32,000 bases of DNA from Planctopirus limnophila DSM 3776 (GCF_000092105.1 NC_014148.1:1020001-1052000), one strand, 5' to 3'. Counted from the stretch's first letter, positions 15,320 through 23,511 are shown. Program-made: numbers and translations. Notes: generated by a model from the letters alone, not told the origin.

Positions 15320-15493
15320 CTATGTCGCGAGAGTATCGGCGACGTTCTGGAACTTGGCAGCGGCGTTGGTGCCGATGGCCTGCACAGCTGTGAGGCAAAC
15401 GATCACGATCAGGGCCAGCATGACCGCGTATTCAACGGCTGTTGGACCATCTTCAGAAACCAGGAACTTCTTGACGCTGTTGATAATCTGCAT
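15320..15493 (-). CDS. flp: Flp-family type IVb pilin (57 aa; below the ORF-track size cutoff)
   Basis: Hand translation of the minus strand from ATG 15493 gives MQIINSVKKFLVSEDGPTAVEYAVMLALIVIVCLTAVQAIGTNAAAKFQNVADTLAT, with stop TAG at 15322-15320. It contains the Flp prepilin motif G/xxxxEY followed by a hydrophobic helix. GAGGG lies ~10 nt upstream of the ATG. The gene heads the flp-cpaA-cpaB-cpaC-cpaE series. Confidence 0.9.
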   Translation of the reverse strand: MQIINSVKKFLVSEDGPTAVEYAVMLALIVIVCLTAVQAIGTNAAAKFQNVADTLAT

Positions 15494-15963
15494 TTCGACA
15501 CACCCTCTGAATGATGACTGTGACCAGCATGTGTCAAGAACCCGCTGCTACCACCGGAGTTGCAGTCCCTGATTCCCGATCCACATACAGGCTCGCAAAT
15601 TTCAGTAACCCAGACGGCAATCTGTTCGTGGTTGCTGGCATTTGCATTTCGTACGACCGCTTCATCGAGGGTTGTTGTTGGCCTCGCTGAAGGGCTTCAC
15701 CAGAAAGCTAGGTCACATTTACGATGAGTCAAATTGCTGCTTGTAGAAAAATTTTGAGGATCTCGTTGCCTTGCCGGGTCGTGCCGGTGATGTGGCAAAT
15801 CAGAAACGAGCTCAGGGCCAGTTTGAATCAAGTTGCGAAAAGGTGCGCCAGGCGAATCATTTCCGCAACATCACCATCGCAATGGTTCATTTTCGATGAA
15901 TGGATCTGCAGCAGGTCACGGAGTTCTGAGGAGCATCTGCGACTGCCATTGGAGAGTCACTTT

Positions 15964-17244
15964 TCAACCCTCGCGATGTTTTTGAGAGCACCAGGTTCCG
16001 CAGGCGAGTAAAGACGCCAGGCAGCGCCCTGCCAGCGAAGCCAGAAACAACGTCTGATAAGCCGCCATGGCGTTTTCGGGTGTTGATGCTTCTAACAGCC
16101 AGCTCAACCACCAGGCTCCGGCAATGCCAGAAAGGCCAGCGGCCATACCAGCACCTAATCGAAAGACGGCAAATGAGGCACTGCGGTCACCCTCGGGGCT
16201 TAATCGTAGCGCCATGTGGGGGCCGGCTACGTTCACTGCGCCAAAGGCTCCCCACGCGACATACGCACCGCCAATCATCCACCAGAATTGCGGCGATGAA
16301 AAGTAGAAAAAGAGCATCGAACTGGCAGTGATCGCTGTTCCGAAAGTCAGCACAAATCCTTCTCGTTGTCTGGAAGAGAATTGCCCTCCCTGCCAGGAGG
16401 CTGGCAGTTGAATCAAGTACATGAGAGAGAACATGGCCTGCATGGGGAGAATCGACATTTTGAGGATCTGATACTGATACTGCGCCAGAACAGCCTGAGT
16501 TAACCCGTTCGCTGCTCCCAGACACCACGCATGAGCAATCAGCCAGCCATACCCCGGCTGTTGAAACGATTCGCGTAAAGTGGCCCACAGCCCCGTGCTT
16601 CTTCGAACCTGGGCCAATGAGACTTCAGGCAGAGCGAGCATGGGAAGAAGAGAAGCCAATTGCAGCAGGACACCTGTGAGAAAAATTCCTGCATAGACCA
16701 TAATCAGCAATTGATTGGAGCCAGTCATGCGGGCCTGTGACTGTGCAAAATCGCGAATCGCCGCTGCGATGAATGGCAGCAGCAGTTGTGTGGCAATCAT
16801 CGCCATGGAACGTATCGCGAGAGTCCTTCCCCAAAGTGGTGGCGCAGCGAGTAGACTGATCCAGTCACTCCAGGCAGCAAAGGCAATCCCCTGAAAGATA
16901 CTGGCTAAAGAGATGGCCAGAATGATCAGCCAGAGTGCCGTCTGAGGATCAGGAAAGTCGTGATGCAACAGCGCAATCCCTGGGATGCAGACGAAGAACA
17001 GCCGGGAGACAACGGTTGAAAACCACCAGAGATGACGGCGACCCCAGCCACTCTGAAGTAGCGGCCTCGCATACAGTCCGGCTAAACCGCATAAATCGGG
17101 CAGAGCGAGCAATAAACCCAGCATCCAGCCCTTCGCACCCGCTTCCTGAACGAACCAGTTAAAGAAGACACCACTGGTCAACGTGCTGCCTGCCTGCCAG
17201 AGGAAGGATGTCAGGGCGATTCTGATGGAAAGTCCTGCAGGCAT
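15964..17244 (-). CDS. MFS-type transporter (substrate unknown)
   Basis: A ~430-aa protein made almost entirely of hydrophobic segments, about 12 by eye. The track start 17262 is TTG; the first ATG is 17244 (MPAGLSIRIAL...). The family call comes from size and topology only. Confidence 0.7.
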   Translation of the reverse strand: MPAGLSIRIALTSFLWQAGSTLTSGVFFNWFVQEAGAKGWMLGLLLALPDLCGLAGLYARPLLQSGWGRRHLWWFSTVVSRLFFVCIPGIALLHHDFPDPQTALWLIILAISLASIFQGIAFAAWSDWISLLAAPPLWGRTLAIRSMAMIATQLLLPFIAAAIRDFAQSQARMTGSNQLLIMVYAGIFLTGVLLQLASLLPMLALPEVSLAQVRRSTGLWATLRESFQQPGYGWLIAHAWCLGAANGLTQAVLAQYQYQILKMSILPMQAMFSLMYLIQLPASWQGGQFSSRQREGFVLTFGTAITASSMLFFYFSSPQFWWMIGGAYVAWGAFGAVNVAGPHMALRLSPEGDRSASFAVFRLGAGMAAGLSGIAGAWWLSWLLEASTPENAMAAYQTLFLASLAGRCLASLLACGTWCSQKHREG

Positions 17245-17457
17245 GGGCAATGTGGCTTTCAAGAATCCATTCCTCGATCAGCGGGCAAACTCAAATTTGA
17301 TTTTTAGTAGGCAGGGGGCGATCCAAATTGTCTTGATCTCAGGTTGCGACTCGAATCCGATGTCAGGTGAGCTTAAACTGTGGCAGTTCCAATACGACTG
17401 GATCAACATCGATTTCCGATACCTTGCTGTCGCTGGGACTTTCGATAAGGCCTGAAT

Positions 17458-18159
17458 ATGTTTTCGATGGAGTTGCTGGAAGAGATTTCCCGGCTGACCA
17501 CTCCGGTGATTGCCGGAGCTGCCGTCGTCCATGTGCTGATCTTTCTGTATCTGTGGGTCTGGGCCAATCGCGATTTGAAGAGAATCTCTGCCGAGTTTGA
17601 ACGCTTCACACGCGGGTTGGATCATCGCAGTGTGCTGGAGCCTTACTCGAGTCTTTCTGATCAGATCGATGCCTTTCTGGCGGATGTTCGCGACGTCTTG
17701 GAAAATCCGCTGCGAAAAACAGAACGTCGGTTATTGCTGGATCGTTTAGTGACGCTGGATGAACACCGCCGCTACCTGCAGTCGCAAAGCTTCGAGACTC
17801 TTTATAACGTCGCCCGGTCGATGATTGAGGCTTATCCGATGGCGGGTGTTCTGGGCACAATCATTGCCATTGGTTGTGCACTGCAACAATCGCCGGGTGA
17901 AGATGGACGGCAAACGATTCAGGCCATTGTGCAGTTCTTTGGCAATTCGATCTGGTCCACTTTTGCCGGGCTATTGGCGGCTATTCTGCTGATGTTTATC
18001 AACAGTTTGTTCGAAACGAAATTTCGGCGGTTGGCAGAGAATCGAACTTTTGCTCGTGAAACCGTCGCGATGGCTCGCCGAGAACTGGCCATTGTTCCCG
18101 CCGGGAATGGCGGGGATCACCAGACAAGGCCCGTTGAAACGACGAGGTTGGCACCATGA
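17458..18159 (+). CDS. MotA/TolQ/ExbB-family proton-channel protein
   Basis: ATG at 17458 follows AAGG. There are three hydrophobic segments. The C-terminal signature is YPMAGVLGTIIAIGCAL ... FGNSIWSTFAGLLAAILLMFINSLFETKFRRL, typical of the MotA_ExbB channel domain. Confidence 0.8.
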   Translation: MFSMELLEEISRLTTPVIAGAAVVHVLIFLYLWVWANRDLKRISAEFERFTRGLDHRSVLEPYSSLSDQIDAFLADVRDVLENPLRKTERRLLLDRLVTLDEHRRYLQSQSFETLYNVARSMIEAYPMAGVLGTIIAIGCALQQSPGEDGRQTIQAIVQFFGNSIWSTFAGLLAAILLMFINSLFETKFRRLAENRTFARETVAMARRELAIVPAGNGGDHQTRPVETTRLAP

Positions 18160-18863
18160 AGCCGCATCGACTGGTGTTTCAACTCACATCACTGCTGGAT
18201 CTGCTGCTGATTGTGATGTTCGCACAGTATCTCGAGATGCGTGTGCAGGAAGAAGAACTTCGTTCCACGATGGCTGCTGAGAGACAATCGCTGGAGCAGG
18301 AACTCTGGAGACGCTCGACCGAAGCCTCATTATCGCGACAGGAGATCGAGCGATTGATGGGCGTTATCGAGCGAGTCTTTCAGCAAGATCCTCAAGAACT
18401 GCTGAAACTGCTCGATAAGCAGCCACCTGGAATCACTCAAAACCAAGGTGTTGCCGGTGCACAGGCTGAAGTACAGCTGCTGCGAACTCGATTGGTGCGA
18501 CATTTTCAGACACACGACGAGATGCGAAAACGGATCGACTTATGGCAGCTTCATCTGGCAGCCAATGGAATTGTGCGTGTCGATACCGGCCGGGGCTTGC
18601 CGACAGTTGAGTTTCGCGTCACGACGGCTGAACAAGTCGCACAGGATCTCTTTGCGCTTTCTAAAACCGTTGATCAGCCCAAGAGTCTCGTCGTCATGTT
18701 GTTAACGTGGGGTGATGCCAGGTTCGGTGATCGCCAGGTGATGGAACAGGGGTTGGAACTGGCGGCTGAGCGGATGCAGAAAGATGCCGGGACGAGGTCT
18801 CGAATTGAGCGGGCCACGCTGGGTTATCGCAGCGATACTGATCGTCTTCCGCAAGTGCCTTGA
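18156..18863 (+). CDS. ExbD/TolR-like protein with a coiled-coil insertion
   Basis: The start overlaps the upstream stop (ATGA at 18156-18159), and GAGG lies upstream. The N-terminal anchor LTSLLDLLLIVMFAQYL carries the membrane-embedded Asp characteristic of ExbD/TolR. A ~100-aa Glu/Arg/Leu/Gln-rich helical stretch follows. The C-terminal fold-like region reads IVRVDTGRG..VEFRV..AEQVAQDLFAL...SLVVMLLTWGDARFGDRQVMEQGLELA. Confidence 0.65.
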   Translation: MKPHRLVFQLTSLLDLLLIVMFAQYLEMRVQEEELRSTMAAERQSLEQELWRRSTEASLSRQEIERLMGVIERVFQQDPQELLKLLDKQPPGITQNQGVAGAQAEVQLLRTRLVRHFQTHDEMRKRIDLWQLHLAANGIVRVDTGRGLPTVEFRVTTAEQVAQDLFALSKTVDQPKSLVVMLLTWGDARFGDRQVMEQGLELAAERMQKDAGTRSRIERATLGYRSDTDRLPQVP

Positions 18864-18938
18864 TTCCCACGGCATGACGAGTTTGACTTATCAGCCAGCA
18901 CGAATGATGACCAGAGCCATAGACAACAGGTGAGAAGC

Positions 18939-19952
18939 ATGTCAGACGATAATCGATATGATGGCCGGATGCCTTATCGCAAATGTGGGAAATGGGGCCT
19001 CAAACTTCCGGCGATTACTTTGGGTTGCTGGCATAACTTTGGCGGGAGTGCGCCCACGGCTAATCAGCGGGCGATGATTCACACCGCCTTCGATGCGGGG
19101 ATCACGCACTTCGATCTGGCCAACAATTACGGCCCGCCGCCGGGTTCAGCCGAAGAAAATGTCGGCAAGTTACTACGCGAGCTTCCTCGCGATGAGATTA
19201 TTGTCTCTTCGAAAGCGGGCTACCTGATGTGGCCTGGGCCCTATGGCGAATATGGTTCCCGCAAATATCTGCTCGCGAGTCTGGATCAATCGTTAAAACG
19301 GCTGGGCATGGATTATGTCGACATCTTCTACAGCCATCGATTTGACAGCGAGACTCCCCTTGAAGAAACGATGGGTGCCCTGGAAACGGCTGTAAAACAA
19401 GGGAAAGCTCTGTATACCGGGATCAGCAGTTACACTTCGGATCAGTCGATTGCTGCCATTCAGACGTGTGCTGCTAAAGGCTTTCAACCGCTGATCATTC
19501 ATCAACCCAATTATTCCCTGCTCAACCGCTGGATTGAAAAGCGGTTACTGAATGTCACGGGATTACACGGCATGGGTGTGATCGCCTTTTGCCCGCTTTA
19601 TCAGGGGTTGCTGACGGATAAATATCTGAATGGCATTCCGGCAGGGTCGCGCGCGACAGTAACGGGTTCCCTCTTGCGTGAAGGAGATCTACGGCCAGAA
19701 GTGATCGAGGTTGTTCGCAAGCTGGCAGAACTGGCGAAGCAACGTGGCCAGACATTGGCTCAAATGGCACTGTCATGGGTCTTGAGAGACAACCGAGTGA
19801 CGACAGCACTGATTGGCGCCAGCTCGCCGCAGCAGATTCTGGAAAATGTCGAGTGTGTAAAAAAACTCAGCTTCACCCGTGAAGAACTTCAGCAGATTGA
19901 CGCGTGGACCAGCAGTATCGAATTGCCAGCCAGCCCCTGGGCGACTGAGTAA
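18939..19952 (+). CDS. gpr: Aldo-keto reductase, L-glyceraldehyde-3-phosphate reductase (YghZ/Gpr) type
   Basis: The track start 18930 is GTG; the first ATG is 18939 (MSDDNRYDG...). The protein is very close in pattern to E. coli YghZ: YRKCGKWGLKLPAITLGCWHNFG, GITHFDLANNYGPPPGSAEENVG, GPYGEYGSRKYLLASLDQSLKRLGMDYVDIFYSHR, GKALYTGISSY. Confidence 0.9.
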   Translation: MSDDNRYDGRMPYRKCGKWGLKLPAITLGCWHNFGGSAPTANQRAMIHTAFDAGITHFDLANNYGPPPGSAEENVGKLLRELPRDEIIVSSKAGYLMWPGPYGEYGSRKYLLASLDQSLKRLGMDYVDIFYSHRFDSETPLEETMGALETAVKQGKALYTGISSYTSDQSIAAIQTCAAKGFQPLIIHQPNYSLLNRWIEKRLLNVTGLHGMGVIAFCPLYQGLLTDKYLNGIPAGSRATVTGSLLREGDLRPEVIEVVRKLAELAKQRGQTLAQMALSWVLRDNRVTTALIGASSPQQILENVECVKKLSFTREELQQIDAWTSSIELPASPWATE

Positions 19953-20077
19953 CGGCAAACCAGAGGTTTTGTCTGAATTCGTCCTGAATTTTGGCGACTT
20001 CTGGTGAGATGAGTGTTCAATGAGAGTGTTGAACACGGGCTTTCCTTACGTCGTTGTCTGGCCATGGAGAAAACAGC

Positions 20078-20884
20078 ATGAGCTATCTTGTGAGTCGTCG
20101 GTCATTCTTAAGGGCCGCTGGCTTTGCTGCGGCAATCAACGTTTCTGGTGTTTTTGCAGAAGAGTTAATGCGAACACCGGCACTCACGGAGGGGCCGTTT
20201 TATCCGGATCATTTACCGCTGGATACCGATAACGATCTGCTCGTGGTGAATAACCAGATCACTCCTGCTGTGGGCGAGATTACTCATCTTTCGGGGAAAT
20301 TGCTGAGTTCTACGGGTGAGCCCATCCGTAATGCGTTCATTGAGATCTGGCAGGTCGATGGGAACGGGGCTTATCTGCATACCGGAGACAGCCGGCATGC
20401 CAGTTTTGACAAGAATTTTCAGGGATATGGTCGCTTTCTGACAGCGAGTGACGGGAGCTATTACTTCCGCACGGTGAGGCCAGTTCCTTATCCTGGGCGA
20501 ACTCCGCACATTCACTTTGGTGTCAGTCTGGGTGGGAAGAGGGTGCTCACGACTCAACTCCTGATAAAGGGACACCCGCAGAATGAGCGGGATGGTGTCT
20601 TTCGTGGATTGAAGTCTGAAGCAGAGCGAAACCTGTTGCTGGCAGATTTCGAGAAGATCCCCAATTCGCCGATTGGTGAACTCGCGGCGAAGTTTGACAT
20701 GGTTCTGGGCCGGACACCCGAAGACGATCATCAGGTCCACGGGATTGCTAAATCGGAAATGGCATCCGGCGGTGGCCGCGGGCCGGGTGGCCCGCGTGGC
20801 GGTCGTCCACCCGGTGGTGCCGGTGGGCCAGGTGGAAGGCCGCAACGGCCCAATGTGCCACCTTCGGGTTCCACTGAAGAGTAA
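20078..20884 (+). CDS. Tat-exported intradiol ring-cleavage dioxygenase-like protein (PcaH-like) with Gly/Pro/Arg tail
   Basis: The track start 20054 is TTG. The ATG at 20078 follows GGAGAA and gives MSYLVSRRSFLRAAGFAAA, a twin-arginine signal. The core FIEIWQVDGNGAYLH ... GYGRFLTASDGSYYFRTVRPVPYPGRTPHIHF matches the protocatechuate-dioxygenase beta-type fold pattern. Confidence 0.8.
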   Translation: MSYLVSRRSFLRAAGFAAAINVSGVFAEELMRTPALTEGPFYPDHLPLDTDNDLLVVNNQITPAVGEITHLSGKLLSSTGEPIRNAFIEIWQVDGNGAYLHTGDSRHASFDKNFQGYGRFLTASDGSYYFRTVRPVPYPGRTPHIHFGVSLGGKRVLTTQLLIKGHPQNERDGVFRGLKSEAERNLLLADFEKIPNSPIGELAAKFDMVLGRTPEDDHQVHGIAKSEMASGGGRGPGGPRGGRPPGGAGGPGGRPQRPNVPPSGSTEE

Positions 20885-20898
20885 CAGGCATCACGCGC

Positions 20899-20957
20899 GT
20901 TGCGGCACTTCGAGAATGATGATCTCTTGAAGTGCTGCAACGTGTTTTCGTTTGTTG
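20899..20957 (+). terminator. Rho-independent terminator between convergent genes
   Basis: The 13-bp stem GTTGCGGCACTTC (20899-20911) / GAAGTGCTGCAAC (20929-20941) has one G-T pair. It is followed by GTGTTTTCGTTTGTTG. It starts 15 nt after the dioxygenase stop. Confidence 0.65.
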
Positions 20958-20971
20958 AGGTCATCAAGAAG

Positions 20972-22246
20972 TTAACGGTCGCGTGGCCAGCCGGAAGAGT
21001 TCGACATCGGTGGCTGGGTGGCAGCCCCGGCTGGTGCAGAGGTTGTCGGTTGGGCATGACCTGTCTGCAGGATCGTATTCATCCCCAGGGATGGGCTGCT
21101 CGACATTGGATTCGCCAACTGAGATTGAGCCTGCAGAGAGGACTGATCCGGGAATGACTGAATGCTGGTGATGGTTTCCTTGACCTGCTGCATTTCCCGG
21201 CCATCGGCAGTCTGGACGAGCATATCCAGCACACTTGTCAGCCGGGAACTTGTGGGCAGGCCCGTCGCACGATCCACCCGGCAATCGCCCGCCTGTCGTC
21301 CACCTCGCACAGAAACCTTGATCCCTTGAGGGCCATATTGAGCCGATGATGGGGCATAGGCGCCGACAACATCGATCACGACTTCGCGAGGGCCCAGGTC
21401 TTTGACCAGGCAGCGAGTTTCCAATGTCAGTGGAATCGGGCCGTCGGTTCGTTTGGGTGGTAACACCCAGGTGGAACCGACAATCACTTCCTGGGCTCCG
21501 CGAGCGGGCAGGAGTCCAATTGAGTTATCAATAAAGTTTGCAACACCTTCATCGTGAGGCAGCACCGCCAATTGACCAATCACATGCGCCTTGCGTTCCG
21601 CAGGAACATGTGCCACACAGCGTTGTACAAATTCTTCGAAGCCCAGAACTTCCGCTACCCGGCGGTCAGGCCCCAGCCAGAAGCCAAATCCATTGCCAGG
21701 GAGACCGGCATAAGCCACCGCTTCCTGGGGGATCGCCGCTGCGTTCTCAGCGGAGTTGTAACTGATCGACTTGCCACCGAGATTCTGCTGAAATTGAACG
21801 CGGTGATACTGCACTGAGAAACGCGTTCGATCAGCCTGAATCTCATCCACTTGCAGGACGAGTTGAAGTTCCAGTCGGCTCGTCCCCACCACCTGCGAAG
21901 GTGTTCCCTGTGAGACACGTTGATCGACCGTCTTTAGTAGTGGAAAACGATCGCCCACTTTGACGCGTAATTCGAGTTTTTCGGATGCCAGTGCCGGTGC
22001 TGCGGGTGCTTGCGCAATTCCATTCGATAAGTCTGTAGCATTCGTCTGGCTGCCAGTAGACATTCCCATGTCTTTGGCGACTTCGGAAGAATCGCCAAAA
22101 TCCAGCTCCAGATCGGAAGTCTCGTCGCTTCCCGATGAGTCACAGCCAGCCATGAAAATGACGATTGTGAGAAAACAGCCAAACCAACCCCAATTCTGGA
22201 AAAGTCTGGCGCTGAGAATACGGAATTCAGGAGATGTCATTCCCAT
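20972..22246 (-). CDS. Hypothetical lipoprotein (~424 aa)
   Basis: The track start 22330 is TTG. ATGs at 22246 and 22240 give MGMTSPEFRILSARLFQNWGWFGCFLTIVIFMAGC, a signal peptide plus lipobox (MAG|C). An acidic/Ser-rich linker is followed by a large domain of unknown family. Confidence 0.6.
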   Translation of the reverse strand: MGMTSPEFRILSARLFQNWGWFGCFLTIVIFMAGCDSSGSDETSDLELDFGDSSEVAKDMGMSTGSQTNATDLSNGIAQAPAAPALASEKLELRVKVGDRFPLLKTVDQRVSQGTPSQVVGTSRLELQLVLQVDEIQADRTRFSVQYHRVQFQQNLGGKSISYNSAENAAAIPQEAVAYAGLPGNGFGFWLGPDRRVAEVLGFEEFVQRCVAHVPAERKAHVIGQLAVLPHDEGVANFIDNSIGLLPARGAQEVIVGSTWVLPPKRTDGPIPLTLETRCLVKDLGPREVVIDVVGAYAPSSAQYGPQGIKVSVRGGRQAGDCRVDRATGLPTSSRLTSVLDMLVQTADGREMQQVKETITSIQSFPDQSSLQAQSQLANPMSSSPSLGMNTILQTGHAQPTTSAPAGAATQPPMSNSSGWPRDR

Positions 22247-22518
22247 GTTCTGCCGACATCCTGTCTGAGATGGAATAGACTTAAATTGTTCTGTGGAAAC
22301 GCTTTGTTGCAATATAGCGTAGTGCGACAATTCCTTGAGATCCTCTGGCAGTGATTACCGCATCCAGAGATTATCAGCGAAATGGCGATTTAAGGAAGAG
22401 TAGCTTGAACAACCGGGAGTTGGAGAAGGCAGATTCTCGTGGAAATCCGGTCAGTGACAAGGCAGGATGTTAGTGTCGGCCCAATTCGATCTGGCAAGCA
22501 AGTTGCCGGGAGACTGCC

Positions 22519-23511
22519 ATGGTCAAACGCCTCATGTCATCCGCTTCCTTTCGAGGAATGATCGTTTCGGCGTCTTTGCATGCGGCTCTGCTGGTTTTGC
22601 TCAGCTTCATCGTCTTTCATTCAAAAGAGCTGCCCGATCATCCGCTTTTGACCACCGTGTGGGCTGATCAGGAATCACGACAGGAGCCGCTGTCTGCCAT
22701 CGTTTCTGTCCTGGAAGAGGTTGAAGTTGATCCTCTGACAAAAGCCCAGACCCGCATGGACCAGGGAGGATCTGCGGAAGTCCTCTTGGCCGAAGATCGC
22801 TTGAGTATGGTCGATGAACTCTTCCTTGAAACCAACCCTGCGATGCTGCTGGAATTGCAACCCGCTGTGCCTGGCGCCGTGGCAAAACCTGCGAGGAATA
22901 TCAAAGCCAGTGGCAAAAATCGGACAGGGGGAAGTGGAAATGGAAAGGGCGTCGGGAAAGGCTCTGGCCGCGGTGCAGCCGGGCAGGGGATTTTTACGCG
23001 GAGTTCATCTGCTCGAAAGGTTGTTTATGTGGTGGATTGCTCGTTGAGCATGAATGCACCTCACCCACCAACATATTATCGCACGGGGGTCCCTGCCACT
23101 CGATTTCAGCGTGTGCAGTTGGAACTGGTGCAGGCTGTTGAGGCATTGCCTGAAGAGACCGAGTTTTCAATTGTCTTCTTCAGTGATCGAGCCTTTGCCA
23201 TGCCGGGAGAGGCCATGGTGGTAGCCTCTCAGGAAAACAAAGTGAAAGTGCTGAAGTGGGTCGCGTCATCCATGACGATGTCCGGCGGTACCGATCCACG
23301 TGAAGCTCTTGGAGTGGCTTTGAAGATGCAACCCGAAATGATCTATCTGCTCAGTGACGGTTCTTTCCATCCTGTCATTCAACAGGATTTGTTCAAGCTG
23401 CAGCAGGATCGGATTCAAATTCACACGATCGCTCTCGGTGAACCTGCTGCAGAGGCCGTGTTGAAGCAGATTTCGGACCGCAATCGAGGCGAGTTTTCAT
23501 TTGTTCCTTAG
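22519..23511 (+). CDS. Membrane-anchored von Willebrand factor A (vWA) domain protein
   Basis: ATG at 22519. The N-terminal anchor reads GMIVSASLHAALLVLLSFIVF, followed by a Gly-rich linker. The vWA domain carries the MIDAS pattern VVYVVDCSLSM ... SGGTDPREAL ... IYLLSDGSF. Confidence 0.8.
   Translation: MVKRLMSSASFRGMIVSASLHAALLVLLSFIVFHSKELPDHPLLTTVWADQESRQEPLSAIVSVLEEVEVDPLTKAQTRMDQGGSAEVLLAEDRLSMVDELFLETNPAMLLELQPAVPGAVAKPARNIKASGKNRTGGSGNGKGVGKGSGRGAAGQGIFTRSSSARKVVYVVDCSLSMNAPHPPTYYRTGVPATRFQRVQLELVQAVEALPEETEFSIVFFSDRAFAMPGEAMVVASQENKVKVLKWVASSMTMSGGTDPREALGVALKMQPEMIYLLSDGSFHPVIQQDLFKLQQDRIQIHTIALGEPAAEAVLKQISDRNRGEFSFVP

Noticed and set aside
15534-15665. 43-codon minus-strand ORF upstream of flp (…LKFASLYVDRESGTATPVVAAGS) as a second or decayed Flp pilin
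   Set aside because: The ...ESGTAT... stretch is only vaguely reminiscent of the Flp processing site. The EY pair and the hydrophobic helix are missing, and the ORF ends inside the TTGACA box of the likely flp promoter. The similarity is too weak to call a pseudogene.
17458-18863. Zorya-type (ZorA/ZorB) anti-phage system
   Set aside because: As far as I recall, ZorA is several hundred residues longer with a long cytoplasmic tail, and ZorB carries a peptidoglycan-binding domain. Neither feature is seen here, and no ZorC/ZorD-like or other effector genes are adjacent.
20213-21057. ORFs 20213..20845 (-) and 20731..21057 (-) antisense to the dioxygenase gene
   Set aside because: They are shadow ORFs created by the GC-rich Gly/Pro/Arg tail and the dioxygenase core. 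The second would cross a strong bidirectional terminator hairpin.
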